A program made the translations under genes and the position numbers. The notes below the pieces were generated by a model that ran no database searches, was not told the origin of the DNA, and worked only from the letters and a program-made list of their open reading frames with translations. Source: a virus. Taken from it: a stretch of 64,000 nucleotides of DNA. Shown here in pieces: positions 29,256 through 40,400 of the stretch; position 1 is the first letter of the stretch, and each line of letters opens with the position of its first letter. The stretch lies in the IMG/VR virus record IMGVR_UViG_3300046170_000505. One strand, 5' to 3'.

Positions 29256-32200
29256 TGGATATATCTGCAAAAAGCTGGGAGCTAGAAAAAAACTACCAAA
29301 AACACGATATTGTAAAGGTAGATAATCTTTCTGTGCCCAATGATATAGAGAAATATTTAATAGCATCGCCAAGTGAAGATAGATTAATTAGCGACAAAGA
29401 TTTTGATTGTTTTTCAGATAATGCAAAAATATCGGATGAAGAAGGCAACTTAATATCAATTGACCCAAACAGGGGTATGATTTTTAAAAAAACCATTATT
29501 TCTGGAAGCATTGAAGTCCCTTTTGGTTTTATATTTTCTATAGATACTTCTATACCCTATACTTTTAAAACTTATGTAAGAAAAAATACTGCTCTTTCTG
29601 ACACTATAGACCCCTATTTAACTCATATAGAAATGCTTAATGGGGTAATAAATAAATCTGACTCAGTAGGAGTTGGGATTGGAGTTAAATTCTTTGATAT
29701 TCAAGAAAAAATCATTGAAGTAGAAAATTACAGGCCCTTGGTCAGACCGATGGCTTCTTCTGAACTTAGTGAATCAGAATACTATAACGTTCAGCTTGAT
29801 GTACACCCCAAGCATATACCTGTTAACGCAGTCAAGGCTCAAGCTTATATATTTGTTTATGGCCATCAAGAAGGAGGTTTTGAATTCAGAGACATAAGGT
29901 CTTCTTCAGTTAATAAGTTTTTTTATTGCGTTAATAACCATACATCTAACACATCAAATTATCCAAGTGCGTCAAACAATTGGACTCAAAATTTTGTATG
30001 GAGGCCTTCTTATGGTTCTAGCGGTTCTTATAGGGCAAATAATGAATCAATGAAATTAGGAGAGGGGTATGATTATGTAAACAATCTAGCCATCAATTCC
30101 CTACCGCTTGAATTAAACGTAAGATTCAACAACAGGACAGACAAAGAGGCAAAAGCTATAATACATTTTCTTCAAGAAAAACATTTTCCTTATGAATCTA
30201 TATACGCTTTAGATTATAAAGGTGAAAGACTTTTATCTACAGATGTTCAGGCTTTTAATTTTATATATAGTTTTCCCTACAGGACGGACCTTAAGTTCAC
30301 ATGCGTAGAGTTTAGCCATAGCATTGATTATAGAAATAATAATAATATAACCGCTAAATTTATATGTAATACAGAAAGCACCCTAAGAAGCGTGGAGAGT
30401 CACGCTGGTTACAATGTAAAAACCGACGCTGTACTACCTATAAGAGTAAATGAGGATATAGAACTTAAAAAAGGCGAAACAATAAAACTTGATTCATTCA
30501 GTATGGATGAAGATCAAAAAGAAACGTTAAGCTCTTTAATAGAAATATATGTGTATCAAACTGATGAAAACAACAAACCTACTTCAGGGGTTTTATTTTT
30601 TAGGGATCCTCAAGAATTAGCTGTAGATGACTGCATATACATAGATGTAGAAGAACCCGAAGATTCTATTTTTTCTATAGGTTTTGCAAAAGTATTTAAA
30701 GTTATAAACAATAAAACTTTTATATTTGGAAACGGAGAAGGGTTTGTCGTTGAATATTTCGAACAATCAATATTGACAGATTTAAGCATCAATGTTCAAT
30801 TAGATTCTTGCGAAACTTTAATAACGGAAGAAATTCCTAAATTGGTATTAAAATCTAAACTTCTTGATTCAGGAGATACATCCGATGTTGGAAACTATTT
30901 GGGGTTAACAACAAACCCAGAAGAAATACTAGAAGACGAAGAAGATAACGCATTTGTAGTTTTAGATAAAACAAAAGACGCTCCCGCATCTGTAAGTAAA
31001 CTAAAGTTTTGCCCTCAAGATTGTTTGGCGGCTAACGCTTTATTTCCAGAGGGATGTGACGTAATAACAAAAGATTTTACCGACAAAGTAACTGGAGAAA
31101 AAAGAAAAAGAATAATACATTTAAGTAATTATGTACAATTAGAGCTGGAATCAGATATAGGCAAAGATTCGTATTCTTTTGAGGTTACACCTTTATCTAA
31201 CTTTACTTTAAAATCAGAAGAAAACTACAACGTAATTGTTCCAGCAATCTGCGGAAGAAGTAGTATTTACATAGAAGACCCAGAAAGAATAGCTAAATTT
31301 CCTTATTATAAAGTTAGGAACTTTGAACACCGCCCAACCCTTTCTTTTAATTTATCACAAAAACCAACCCATACTCAATCAAAATTTTTAGAGTATTATA
31401 ATAAAAGATATAAAAAATCAATCAATCAAAACATGTCCACATTTAATGTTGTGTTTGATATGAGAGATGATGATGAAGCTGTAGAAATTTTACAATTTTT
31501 AGAGAGTCATTTAGGTTATAAGAAATTTAGGTTTGCAATGCCTAGACCATACGGAGCAGATGCCAGTTCTTTAACAACGCCTGGAAGGCCTAATAATTCT
31601 GTATTTTACTGCCCTGACTGGCAGCATGATATTGTATACAAAAACAATCATTTAATAAGTGCAACTTTTATAGAATCTACCACAAACATACAGGAAGATA
31701 TTAGTAACATAGAAGAACCTTGTTTTGGGGTAACTTTGTTTGATAATATAAACAGGCACTCTCTTTGCACTTTTTCTTCTGTGGCTGTTGCTGGTCATCA
31801 AAGCGGATTAGAATTTAAAAATAATACTTTTATAGCAAAACCAAAAAATAAACAGATGGATTTAATTTTTGTTATTGACGGGAGCGCAGCGGTGTCTCAG
31901 CAATTATTAAATATTGACGGTGTTGGGGAATTTTCAAAATATCAAATAATCATAGACTCATTGATAAAATCTGTTACTGGATATGATAGAAATAAATTCC
32001 CTTACAGCGAAAACTATGGAGATAAATACGACACATCTGGTGAACCTCCTTGGTATAACCAAAGTTATACTGAAATATACGAAGAAACAAATTCTATAAT
32101 CTTTGAAAACGATTTAAAGTCACTAGGTTATGATATAGAAAATTTCAAAAGATTTAATGTAAGAATAGAACAGAACAGAGTAAATATAGGAATTTGTATA

Positions 32201-33715
32201 GTAGGCCATAGCGCGATGGGAAATTTTCCTTTAGATGAAAATAGAATTTTAGATTTACCTAATTACCCAAAATCTTTTGACAAAAAATTTATCCAAGAAA
32301 GACTTCGAAACACTGTTCACAACAATGACAGGGGTAAAGAATATCTAAAAAATATATGCGACGCACTATCTCAATTATATAATTCAAATAGAGCATCTAT
32401 AATATCAGAAAGATATATTTTTTTAATTAGTGATTTTAACTTTAAAACAGTTGAATCTGAAGAAATAGACAAAATCAGATTAGCCTTAAGAGATGGAAAT
32501 GAATTGTCCAAGAGAAGGCCTCTTGATTCAGTTTTAGGAGACTTTGGAGAAGGTAGCCCAAGAGTAATGTTGAACGAATTTTCTTATGCTGCTTCAGAAC
32601 AACAATTCCCTGGAGGAGATGGAAAATTTTATTCCTATTTATATAATCCTGATTTTTCACCTGATGGTGATTTTGGAAACTTAGAAACATACGAAGATTA
32701 TGATTCATCATTGGCTAATCCAGATTGGTATGGAGATAACTTAAAGACAACTGTATTACCAGTTTCATTGGGAGTGTATAATCAAATAAATTCAAGGTTC
32801 TACGAATATGCTGAAGATTATAATCCTTCTATTAATTTAAAAGATATACAAATGTGCTATGAAATAAGCAATGGCGGATCTGGGAGTGAAGAAGCTTCTA
32901 GAGCCGTAAACTTTTTTGAAGTAATTGAATCTTTAACTTATGATACTGGCGCTCAAAATTTATTTTCAATAAATATTAAAAATTGCGGGCCAAATCCAAT
33001 AAAAATCAAAAATACAATAATAAACTTTTTCTCTGACGGAGGATTAACTGAATGGACTACAGAGATTATAAGACCAGGTATAACAAAAAATAATGATCTT
33101 GAAAATTTTGAAATGACGTCAACTCTTTCCAGTCATGAAAATAACATATTAGGATATGGAGGTCAATATTTCGGTGATCCTATAAATGAAAAACTTTTAG
33201 CAAGTAAAAAATCCAATATTCTTTGGAAGAATTTTAATACTAAACATGAAGTTTGGAGAAACGGAAAACCTGAAATATTTGACAAAGGCTGGGATCCTTT
33301 AAAAGAAAATTTTCAAATACAAACCGAAGCTGGAGAAACTATAGTTTTAGACAGTGGAGAAAAATTGCTCACAGACCTTATAAGAGTAGAAGAAATAAGA
33401 ACAGAAGGAGTAAATAATACTGGAGTAGCTTTTAAGAATTTTCCTGTTAGGGTTTTTACAAGTGATAAGGGGATAGATATTATAGATTATAATATTGGCA
33501 ATGTTGATGAAGCTAATAGTTACCACGGTGATTACAATCATATACCAATTTTGCAAGATGGAGAATCTATAGATTTGTTTTTTGGAATTAGATTTAACTC
33601 TCAATCAACAGAAACAGAAAAAATCGAACTAATATTTAACGCAGAAGATTTAAAAGATGAAAAGATGGACTGTTATGCTAGGTTTCCAATAAGCATGTCA
33701 TCGGAGATATCTTAA
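29255..33715 (+). CDS. Expanded distal tail protein with two lambda gpM-like domains, a carbohydrate-binding insert, and VWA and Ig-like domains
   Basis: gpM-like copy 1: WRPSYGSS...LGEGY...INSLPL...RTDKEAKAIIHFL. Copy 2: RPTLSF...INQNMSTFNVVF...EAVEILQFLESHLGYKKFRF...FYCPDW...ISATFIE. VWA: MDLIFVIDGS...YIFLISD. Confidence 0.7.
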   Translation: MDISAKSWELEKNYQKHDIVKVDNLSVPNDIEKYLIASPSEDRLISDKDFDCFSDNAKISDEEGNLISIDPNRGMIFKKTIISGSIEVPFGFIFSIDTSIPYTFKTYVRKNTALSDTIDPYLTHIEMLNGVINKSDSVGVGIGVKFFDIQEKIIEVENYRPLVRPMASSELSESEYYNVQLDVHPKHIPVNAVKAQAYIFVYGHQEGGFEFRDIRSSSVNKFFYCVNNHTSNTSNYPSASNNWTQNFVWRPSYGSSGSYRANNESMKLGEGYDYVNNLAINSLPLELNVRFNNRTDKEAKAIIHFLQEKHFPYESIYALDYKGERLLSTDVQAFNFIYSFPYRTDLKFTCVEFSHSIDYRNNNNITAKFICNTESTLRSVESHAGYNVKTDAVLPIRVNEDIELKKGETIKLDSFSMDEDQKETLSSLIEIYVYQTDENNKPTSGVLFFRDPQELAVDDCIYIDVEEPEDSIFSIGFAKVFKVINNKTFIFGNGEGFVVEYFEQSILTDLSINVQLDSCETLITEEIPKLVLKSKLLDSGDTSDVGNYLGLTTNPEEILEDEEDNAFVVLDKTKDAPASVSKLKFCPQDCLAANALFPEGCDVITKDFTDKVTGEKRKRIIHLSNYVQLELESDIGKDSYSFEVTPLSNFTLKSEENYNVIVPAICGRSSIYIEDPERIAKFPYYKVRNFEHRPTLSFNLSQKPTHTQSKFLEYYNKRYKKSINQNMSTFNVVFDMRDDDEAVEILQFLESHLGYKKFRFAMPRPYGADASSLTTPGRPNNSVFYCPDWQHDIVYKNNHLISATFIESTTNIQEDISNIEEPCFGVTLFDNINRHSLCTFSSVAVAGHQSGLEFKNNTFIAKPKNKQMDLIFVIDGSAAVSQQLLNIDGVGEFSKYQIIIDSLIKSVTGYDRNKFPYSENYGDKYDTSGEPPWYNQSYTEIYEETNSIIFENDLKSLGYDIENFKRFNVRIEQNRVNIGICIVGHSAMGNFPLDENRILDLPNYPKSFDKKFIQERLRNTVHNNDRGKEYLKNICDALSQLYNSNRASIISERYIFLISDFNFKTVESEEIDKIRLALRDGNELSKRRPLDSVLGDFGEGSPRVMLNEFSYAASEQQFPGGDGKFYSYLYNPDFSPDGDFGNLETYEDYDSSLANPDWYGDNLKTTVLPVSLGVYNQINSRFYEYAEDYNPSINLKDIQMCYEISNGGSGSEEASRAVNFFEVIESLTYDTGAQNLFSINIKNCGPNPIKIKNTIINFFSDGGLTEWTTEIIRPGITKNNDLENFEMTSTLSSHENNILGYGGQYFGDPINEKLLASKKSNILWKNFNTKHEVWRNGKPEIFDKGWDPLKENFQIQTEAGETIVLDSGEKLLTDLIRVEEIRTEGVNNTGVAFKNFPVRVFTSDKGIDIIDYNIGNVDEANSYHGDYNHIPILQDGESIDLFFGIRFNSQSTETEKIELIFNAEDLKDEKMDCYARFPISMSSEIS

Positions 33716-33730
33716 ACATTAAATTAAAAT

Positions 33731-34543
33731 ATGGAAACTGAATTTATAATAGAACCACAAAACCAAGACTTAGAAGAAAATAAAAAGTTAAAGGTTTCCT
33801 GGAAAGCTCCACCCGTCGCAGGGCCTGGTTGCAGGGTTTGTTTTAGTGGAGGATTAACTTCTTCGCCGCCTTTTGTATCTCCTTTTGGAGTTGTTATACC
33901 TTTTCAAACTCATGTAGGAGGGTATCACATAACAGATATTTTTGGTGGAAATAATTTTGATAGTGAGGATAGGAGCTTGGCGCAACTTGCCCCTAATGCA
34001 ATGGCAACAACGTTTGATTCAATATTTGTGGATACAACTACTAGAGTAAAAGTATACAATGGTCAAAATATTGCATTTGACTCAATAGGACCGTTTATAT
34101 TAAACAATGCAAAATGGAGGGGCATGGGATATGCTAGATCATTTCCTACATGGGCAGGAGGAAATGGTCAATACGAAGATGAGGATGGAAAACCTATAGA
34201 CAACTTCTGGATGAGGTATGGGGTTAGGGATTCAGACCACTTTGATAAAATGGCTTTAGATTCTCAAAGTGACATGCACGGTTGGCCGAAGGGAAGAATA
34301 TTCATTCAGTGCAAACTGTCAAGGTTTAATAGGAATCAAGTTGGAGTACTTTCAGATATGCCTAATGATTATTGTTATAAATATAAAGATGGAACATGGG
34401 TGCCAACTCCTTGCTACGATAATGATGCCTTAATCCCAGGAAGCGAAACGCCAAATACGACAAAACAAATAGGCTTGGTAGAAGAAGGTGAAGAACAGCC
34501 TGATTCAACTAATATAGTAAGATACGGAATTTCAAATAGATGA
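33731..34543 (+). CDS. Hypothetical tail-associated protein
   Basis: 270-aa ORF in the tail operon, rich in Gly, aromatic and Cys residues. No family recognised. Confidence 0.6.
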   Translation: METEFIIEPQNQDLEENKKLKVSWKAPPVAGPGCRVCFSGGLTSSPPFVSPFGVVIPFQTHVGGYHITDIFGGNNFDSEDRSLAQLAPNAMATTFDSIFVDTTTRVKVYNGQNIAFDSIGPFILNNAKWRGMGYARSFPTWAGGNGQYEDEDGKPIDNFWMRYGVRDSDHFDKMALDSQSDMHGWPKGRIFIQCKLSRFNRNQVGVLSDMPNDYCYKYKDGTWVPTPCYDNDALIPGSETPNTTKQIGLVEEGEEQPDSTNIVRYGISNR

Positions 34544-35700
34544 GTTTTATTAATCCAGATGATTATGGTATCACGTTTAGTGAGACTAATATAAAAGAAA
34601 ATCCTAGATTTTTAGAAGTAGAAAGTGAACCCATACTACTTCAGACTAAGACCGAAAATGGGTTGCTAATAGAAGTTGGGTCTAACGCCAGTTTTGAAAT
34701 AGATTGTAAGAATGCTTGCCAGCAAGGAGTCGCTGCTTCTGGCAGCTTTACAATGATAAATTCATGCACCTTGCCTATAACAGTTACAGGAATGAAGGTG
34801 TCTGACCCTGTCAGGTTTTCTTTGTTTCAATTCCCAGATTATACTGGAATAGAAGTTTACTCGTCTGGAAATGTAAACCAATTACCTTTCACTATTAATC
34901 CAAGGGAAAAAATAAAAGTGAATACATACTTTCACCCCCTCTATGAAGAAATAAAATACGGAAATGCAGGCACCCCAGAAAATAGAACTGGAGATAAATT
35001 TGGCGCAGAAGTTAGAATGCTCCCAGGGTTCCCTATAATAAACTGCAATAAGGCCCCATGCGACGCAAGCTTTATACTTACAGGCGAATTATTATGCCCC
35101 AACGTAGAACATGACTTGGAATGGCTAGAGAATAAAAGTAACTTCGACCAAGAGTTTGACCAATCATCATTAGAAAATTACGAACCCCCTACTTTTCAAA
35201 ACGAATTTTTCTTAAGAAAAAAACATACATTGCAACACACAAATCAAAGTTCAAGTTCTAGCGTTGAAAACTATTTTAGTGGCATAAGTGGAGCCTTGGA
35301 AGCGTATACTGAATACTTTGAAGAAAATTCATGGTTTGAAACTTATGGTGATTTTGGAATACTTGGAACTTTGCGCGGAGTTTTTCTACATGTATCTGGA
35401 CTACAAAAAAATAACGCGGATAATTCTAAATCAAATTTATACAACATAGGATTTGACCACACAGTAGATGTAAATGATTTCATTAGTTATAGAACTAGAT
35501 TTTCAGCAGGAGATTACGAAGAGATTAATTATGAAGGAGATAACTACACAGTTTTAAAAGTGAAAAACCAACCAATTCAATCAATTGATTTAATGACAAA
35601 TCAATCTTTATTTTTAAGAGAAATAAATCCACCTGGGAGTATAGAAATGTTTTTATGCGATGAAGGTGATTTTCAAAACGAAAAAATCTTAGAATCTTAA
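34540..35700 (+). CDS. Tail-associated protein with an Ig-like (ASH/PapD-like) domain
   Basis: SGSFTMINSCTLPITVTGM...PFTINPREKIKVNTYFHP...FILTG resembles an Ig-like sandwich. Its start overlaps the previous stop (ATGA). Confidence 0.55.
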   Translation: MSFINPDDYGITFSETNIKENPRFLEVESEPILLQTKTENGLLIEVGSNASFEIDCKNACQQGVAASGSFTMINSCTLPITVTGMKVSDPVRFSLFQFPDYTGIEVYSSGNVNQLPFTINPREKIKVNTYFHPLYEEIKYGNAGTPENRTGDKFGAEVRMLPGFPIINCNKAPCDASFILTGELLCPNVEHDLEWLENKSNFDQEFDQSSLENYEPPTFQNEFFLRKKHTLQHTNQSSSSSVENYFSGISGALEAYTEYFEENSWFETYGDFGILGTLRGVFLHVSGLQKNNADNSKSNLYNIGFDHTVDVNDFISYRTRFSAGDYEEINYEGDNYTVLKVKNQPIQSIDLMTNQSLFLREINPPGSIEMFLCDEGDFQNEKILES

Positions 35701-35701
35701 A

Positions 35702-36721
35702 ATGAAAAACACATCAAAAATAAATAAAGAAATATTCGCAACAGAACCATCTACTGTTGTTCTTCTTTATGTTGTAGATCTTAAAGATCAGGGAGAATAT
35801 AGATTTCATGCTGGAGAAAATGGATATAATAATCCAATAATTTTCAACGAAAAAGAATACAACTATTACCCCATAAAAGTTGAAGGCTTTGAAATGCATG
35901 GAGATGGAAAATTGCCTCGTCCAAAATTAACTTTCTCAAATCAGAACGGCAACATATCAATGAGGCTTGGAGTTTTTAAAGACTTTATAAATTATAAGGT
36001 TACCAGAATTAAAACCTTTGTAAGATATATAGATGATGTAAATTTCCCTAACAATGTTAATCCTCATGCAGACCCTGATCCAGACAGCTCATTTGTCGAG
36101 GATGTTTTCTATGTTAATCAAAAAACAAAAGAAGACGATAATGTTGTAGAATTCGAATTAGTATCGTTGCTTGAACTACAAAATGCAAATATACCTGCGC
36201 GCACAATGTATTCTAATTATTGTGGCTGGCAATACAGAAGTGAAATAGGATGCGGTTATAAAGGCAAACCTATATCTGATCAAAAGAATAAAAGATTTGT
36301 GCCTAGTGGATATACTGGTCAAATGATCGGCGAAGAAGTTTACATCGATCAACCAAACGGAGATTTCGGAGGAGCGGAAACAGGAGACTGGACAAGAAAT
36401 CAAGTATATAACAAAGGAGATGTTGTGAAAGTAGAACCATTAGACAGCGATAGAGAAATTTACCCAGTAAATATTTACGTATGCCTTAATGATAACATAA
36501 GATCTAACCCAATTAGAGATACCGAAAACTGGAGACTAGATGATTGCGATAAAACCCTCTGTGGTTGTAGGCTAAGATTTTCTCCAGAAGCCACTGGGGC
36601 GGGAGGATGTTTAAGAATGAATGCGAAAAACAAACCTGGAGATCCTGTTATTTGGACAGAAAACGGTAACGGGCTTCCTTATGGAGGTTTCCCTGGAATA
36701 GATCCGTATGAGTTTAAATAA
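35702..36721 (+). CDS. Phage minor tail protein L (lambda gpL-like)
   Basis: YRFHAG...YPIKVEGFE...LPRPKLTFSN...VTRIKTFVRYIDDVNF...VEFELVS...IPARTM...CGWQYRSEIGCGY...CDKTLCGCRLRF...LPYGGFPG, with the Fe-S cysteines conserved. Confidence 0.92.
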   Translation: MKNTSKINKEIFATEPSTVVLLYVVDLKDQGEYRFHAGENGYNNPIIFNEKEYNYYPIKVEGFEMHGDGKLPRPKLTFSNQNGNISMRLGVFKDFINYKVTRIKTFVRYIDDVNFPNNVNPHADPDPDSSFVEDVFYVNQKTKEDDNVVEFELVSLLELQNANIPARTMYSNYCGWQYRSEIGCGYKGKPISDQKNKRFVPSGYTGQMIGEEVYIDQPNGDFGGAETGDWTRNQVYNKGDVVKVEPLDSDREIYPVNIYVCLNDNIRSNPIRDTENWRLDDCDKTLCGCRLRFSPEATGAGGCLRMNAKNKPGDPVIWTENGNGLPYGGFPGIDPYEFK

Positions 36722-37433
36722 TTTTCATGAACAAGTAAAAGCGCATGCTTTAGAAAAACCTGAAGAAGAGGTTTGTGGCTTTATTATATTAAACCCAGAC
36801 AATACAATATCAGTAGAGAGAGTAAAAAATGAGAATCCAAATAAAAAACTTTCATTTTCAATATCCCCAAAAACCTTCTTAGAAAAAAAACTTAACAAAA
36901 AAATACTAGGAATATATCATTCTCACCCTGAAGGAAATGAGAACCCCTCTCTACACGATTTAAATATATCTCAAGAGCTTGGTATGCCTTTTTTTATATA
37001 CAGTATTCTTACTGACAATTTTTTCTTGCATTTTCCTCACTCTTTTGAGCCTGATGATTTATTAAAAAGACCATATGTCAAAGGTTTTTATGAATGCACT
37101 TGCTTGCTTAAGGATTATTTTATTAAAGAATTAAATATTAATATAACTAGGTGCCATTATAATTATTGGCTTCCTGAATGCGACAAAGAATCCAATAGAA
37201 TTCTAGAAAATGTTATGCATTCAAATTTTGTTTACAAACAAAAAAATGAATTAAAAAAACACGACATAATTATTTTTAAAATAAAAAAAGAAGGAAGAAA
37301 ACATGTTGGGGTATATCAGGGAGATGATTATTTTATTCATCAATGCGGAAACAGTATATCTCAAAAAACCCTTTTAGATAAAAGATGGCAAAAAAAAATC
37401 AAAGGAGTGTACAGGCACCCTCAATTAGTGTAA
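36708..37433 (+). CDS. Tail assembly protein K (JAB/MPN metalloprotease plus NlpC/P60 domain)
   Basis: JAB motif EEVCG...YHSHP...PSLHD. NlpC motif GFYECTCLLKDYF...HVGVY...FIHQ. Located between L and I/J. Confidence 0.9.
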   Translation: MSLNNFHEQVKAHALEKPEEEVCGFIILNPDNTISVERVKNENPNKKLSFSISPKTFLEKKLNKKILGIYHSHPEGNENPSLHDLNISQELGMPFFIYSILTDNFFLHFPHSFEPDDLLKRPYVKGFYECTCLLKDYFIKELNINITRCHYNYWLPECDKESNRILENVMHSNFVYKQKNELKKHDIIIFKIKKEGRKHVGVYQGDDYFIHQCGNSISQKTLLDKRWQKKIKGVYRHPQLV

Positions 37434-37453
37434 ATATAACACAGGAACAAGGA
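37428..37453 (+). promoter_or_regulatory. GTGTA motif followed by AGGAACAAGGA, upstream of the I-J gene
   Basis: GTGTA at 37428-37432 and AGGAACAAGGA at 37443-37453. Confidence 0.55.
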
Positions 37454-40400
37454 TGAAAAATGTATATTTACATGGAGAGCTAGGCAAACGCTTTGGTAAA
37501 AAGTGGGAGCTTAATGTATTTACTCCAGGAGAAGCTGTAAATGCTTTGTTTGCAAACGAACCTGAAATCGAAAGATATTTGTTCAAGAAACAACAAGAAG
37601 GAATATGCTATGGAATAAAAAAATCAAACTCTAGAAGTTTTGCTACTGCAGAAGAATGTAATTTGTTAACAGAAAAAGATTTGCATGTTTTTCCTGTGCC
37701 TCAAGGATCTGGAGGTTTTATTACAAGTTTACTTGTTATGGCCGCAACTACGGCAGCATCAATATATATTAGTAAAAAAATGGCGGAAGCCATGGAAAGA
37801 GATGAATCTGTATTACAGGTTCAAACTAAATCTTACTTATATAATGGCACTGAAAACAAATTTCAGCAAGGAGCCACAATTCCTGTTGGTTATGGAAAAA
37901 TGATTGTGGGCAGTAATGTGATATCTTCTTGTAATATAAATTATGATTATAATTCAGAAACCCAAAGGATTTTTAGTTTTAGTAATGGGTTATACAGTTT
38001 GATACCATCTTATAGCCCACACTATTTTGTTGATCTTGGGCCGTTAGTTTCAAGTTTTGCTAGAAGCGTATTTGATGGAGAGAGTAGGTACAGGATGGTA
38101 GATCCTGCTTTTCAATATATAGCAAGACTTGCGGATGCTACTGAATTCGGCACAATAGACGGTCTTTATGGTGGTTTTGAAAGCGTTGATTCTCAAACAA
38201 ACAGAACTGTTAAGATGGAAAAACAAGGTAACTCTATTGGGGGTTATTATTATTATTTTTATAATTTTGCAAAAGGGGTTAACCAAGCATTTCTTGGAAA
38301 TTTTGATGAAAATACTGGGAATTGGTATCCTTCCGCAAAAATAACCGATGCAGAAAACCAAAGATATGCTATAACAGAACGAGATGCAATATCATCTTCT
38401 TTTGTCTGCCTGCAAAGCGTACCAATTAAAGAAAGCTCGCAAGGCAATGAAAAAATATTTTATCCGATAATATTTAGCGAAGATAGTTTGCCATATTTAA
38501 AAGAAAACCAAAACGTAAGTCTTACTACAAGATTTTTAAAAGCATTGGGCGCTAGCGCTGAAAATCAACCTGAAACAAATGGGGCATTTCCAGTTCAGGT
38601 TGGCCAAAGATATAGAGGAGGATTAAAATCAAATGGGGTAGGCTGGTATAAATTAGAATCAACATCTATAGCTAAGTCAATTGACTTAGTATCAGAAGGA
38701 GAAATAGATGGATTCTCTGACAAAAACGGAAAGAAACTGGAATTTGACAGAGAATTTAAATTAAATGACCCAAATCAATCAACAGAATCTTTAAGTTCTG
38801 CAGCTACTCCTGCCCCAACAAGGGAGCCTGATAACGATTACCTTCAGGGTGTTTTTCTTGATGACATTCCAGTAAAAGAAATAAGTTTTGAAACACAAGA
38901 TGGCGGTTTAGATGGATATAACATAAATGAATTTGACATAGACATGTCTCTTGGGTCAGAAGATCAAGAATTATTAGAAGATCAATATTTATTTACAGCA
39001 AACACTAAAGAAATTGGAACAGTATTGTACGGACCAAGAACCGTTAACTTCGCTGAATACTCTTATGCTTTACCATCAAACCCTTTTCAGCAAGGAGTAA
39101 CTTATGCACAAGGAGAAATGGTGACCTATGAAGAAAATAGCGTAACAACCACCTATCAGGTTATGCAAAACACTGATGAAGAATTCTCTAAAAGTGGAGA
39201 TTATCAGTCTGGATCTTTTGTTTATATAGGAGAACCTCCTGACTCAACTTTTTATGAAGCAACTGAATTTATAGACGAATACAAAATATTTTCAGGTGAG
39301 CATGTAACTCATGATGGATCTAATTTCAGCACTTATAGCCCTGATGACACTGTTAGATCTAGAAGATACAATGACACAATGGGTTACTACAAAATGGGGC
39401 CTGATGCAAATAAATTTCTTGGAACATATAGTAGCGCTATTGACTACAGCAATCAACAAGGTTCAGTTATAATGAATAACGCACTAAGAGGTGGGCCAAA
39501 CACAAATGCTGGTATATTTATTATAACAGGAACACAAATGGTACCTGGCGACTCTATAAGTAGTTTTGCTACAGGTATATCTATGGTAGATGAAAGTGAT
39601 CAAGAATATATTGATTATGGCAGAGACCCTGTGTATATGATGAGTGAATTTTCTAACGAATTCGTCGGGGGTCAGATTGAATTCATGCCTCAAAAATTAA
39701 ACGAAACCGACGGTACATTTTCTCCCGATCCAACTAATGCGGTAACAGTCAATATTCCAACTGAAATTGTTAGTCATGTCGATATAAGTCCTAGTAAGGA
39801 ACCAACTTTATGGAATGAAAAACAATTAACCAAACCTTCAGATCTTGAAGGTATTTTTAGAGAGTTACAGGGTTCTGATTTAGATAATTTAGTGGCAAGA
39901 AAATTACAAGAAGAAAATTATGAAGCCCATCGGGTAATCAATCCATTAGTAGAGGAAGCTTACGTAAGCTTACAAATAGATGAATTAATGTATGTATACG
40001 AAGGAGATGAAATAAATGTCGAATATAAGATAGGTAAGCTTTGGACTTTTTTATTGTTAGGTTTATCAGCGTATCATATATATAAATCTGTAAAAGCTAT
40101 ACCAGTAGTGGCAACATATACTGGTTTAGCAGAATCCGCATTGATGGCTCAAAAGGTAGCAATAGCCCCACCACAACCTGCTGCTTCCGCCGCCTTAGCT
40201 TTAATTACTTCGCATACATTAACTAATGCAGCAAAAGAAACTAGTGACGGAGTAGCTAGCGGAGTTCTGGTAGGAGTATTGGGCATAATATTATCTTTCG
40301 TATTAGGAAATCATAGATTTAAAATAGGAACAAAAGTAGAAAACTCAGGAGAATTTTGGCCCAATAAAGCTAGGTTTAGAATAAAATATGGAAATGAGGG

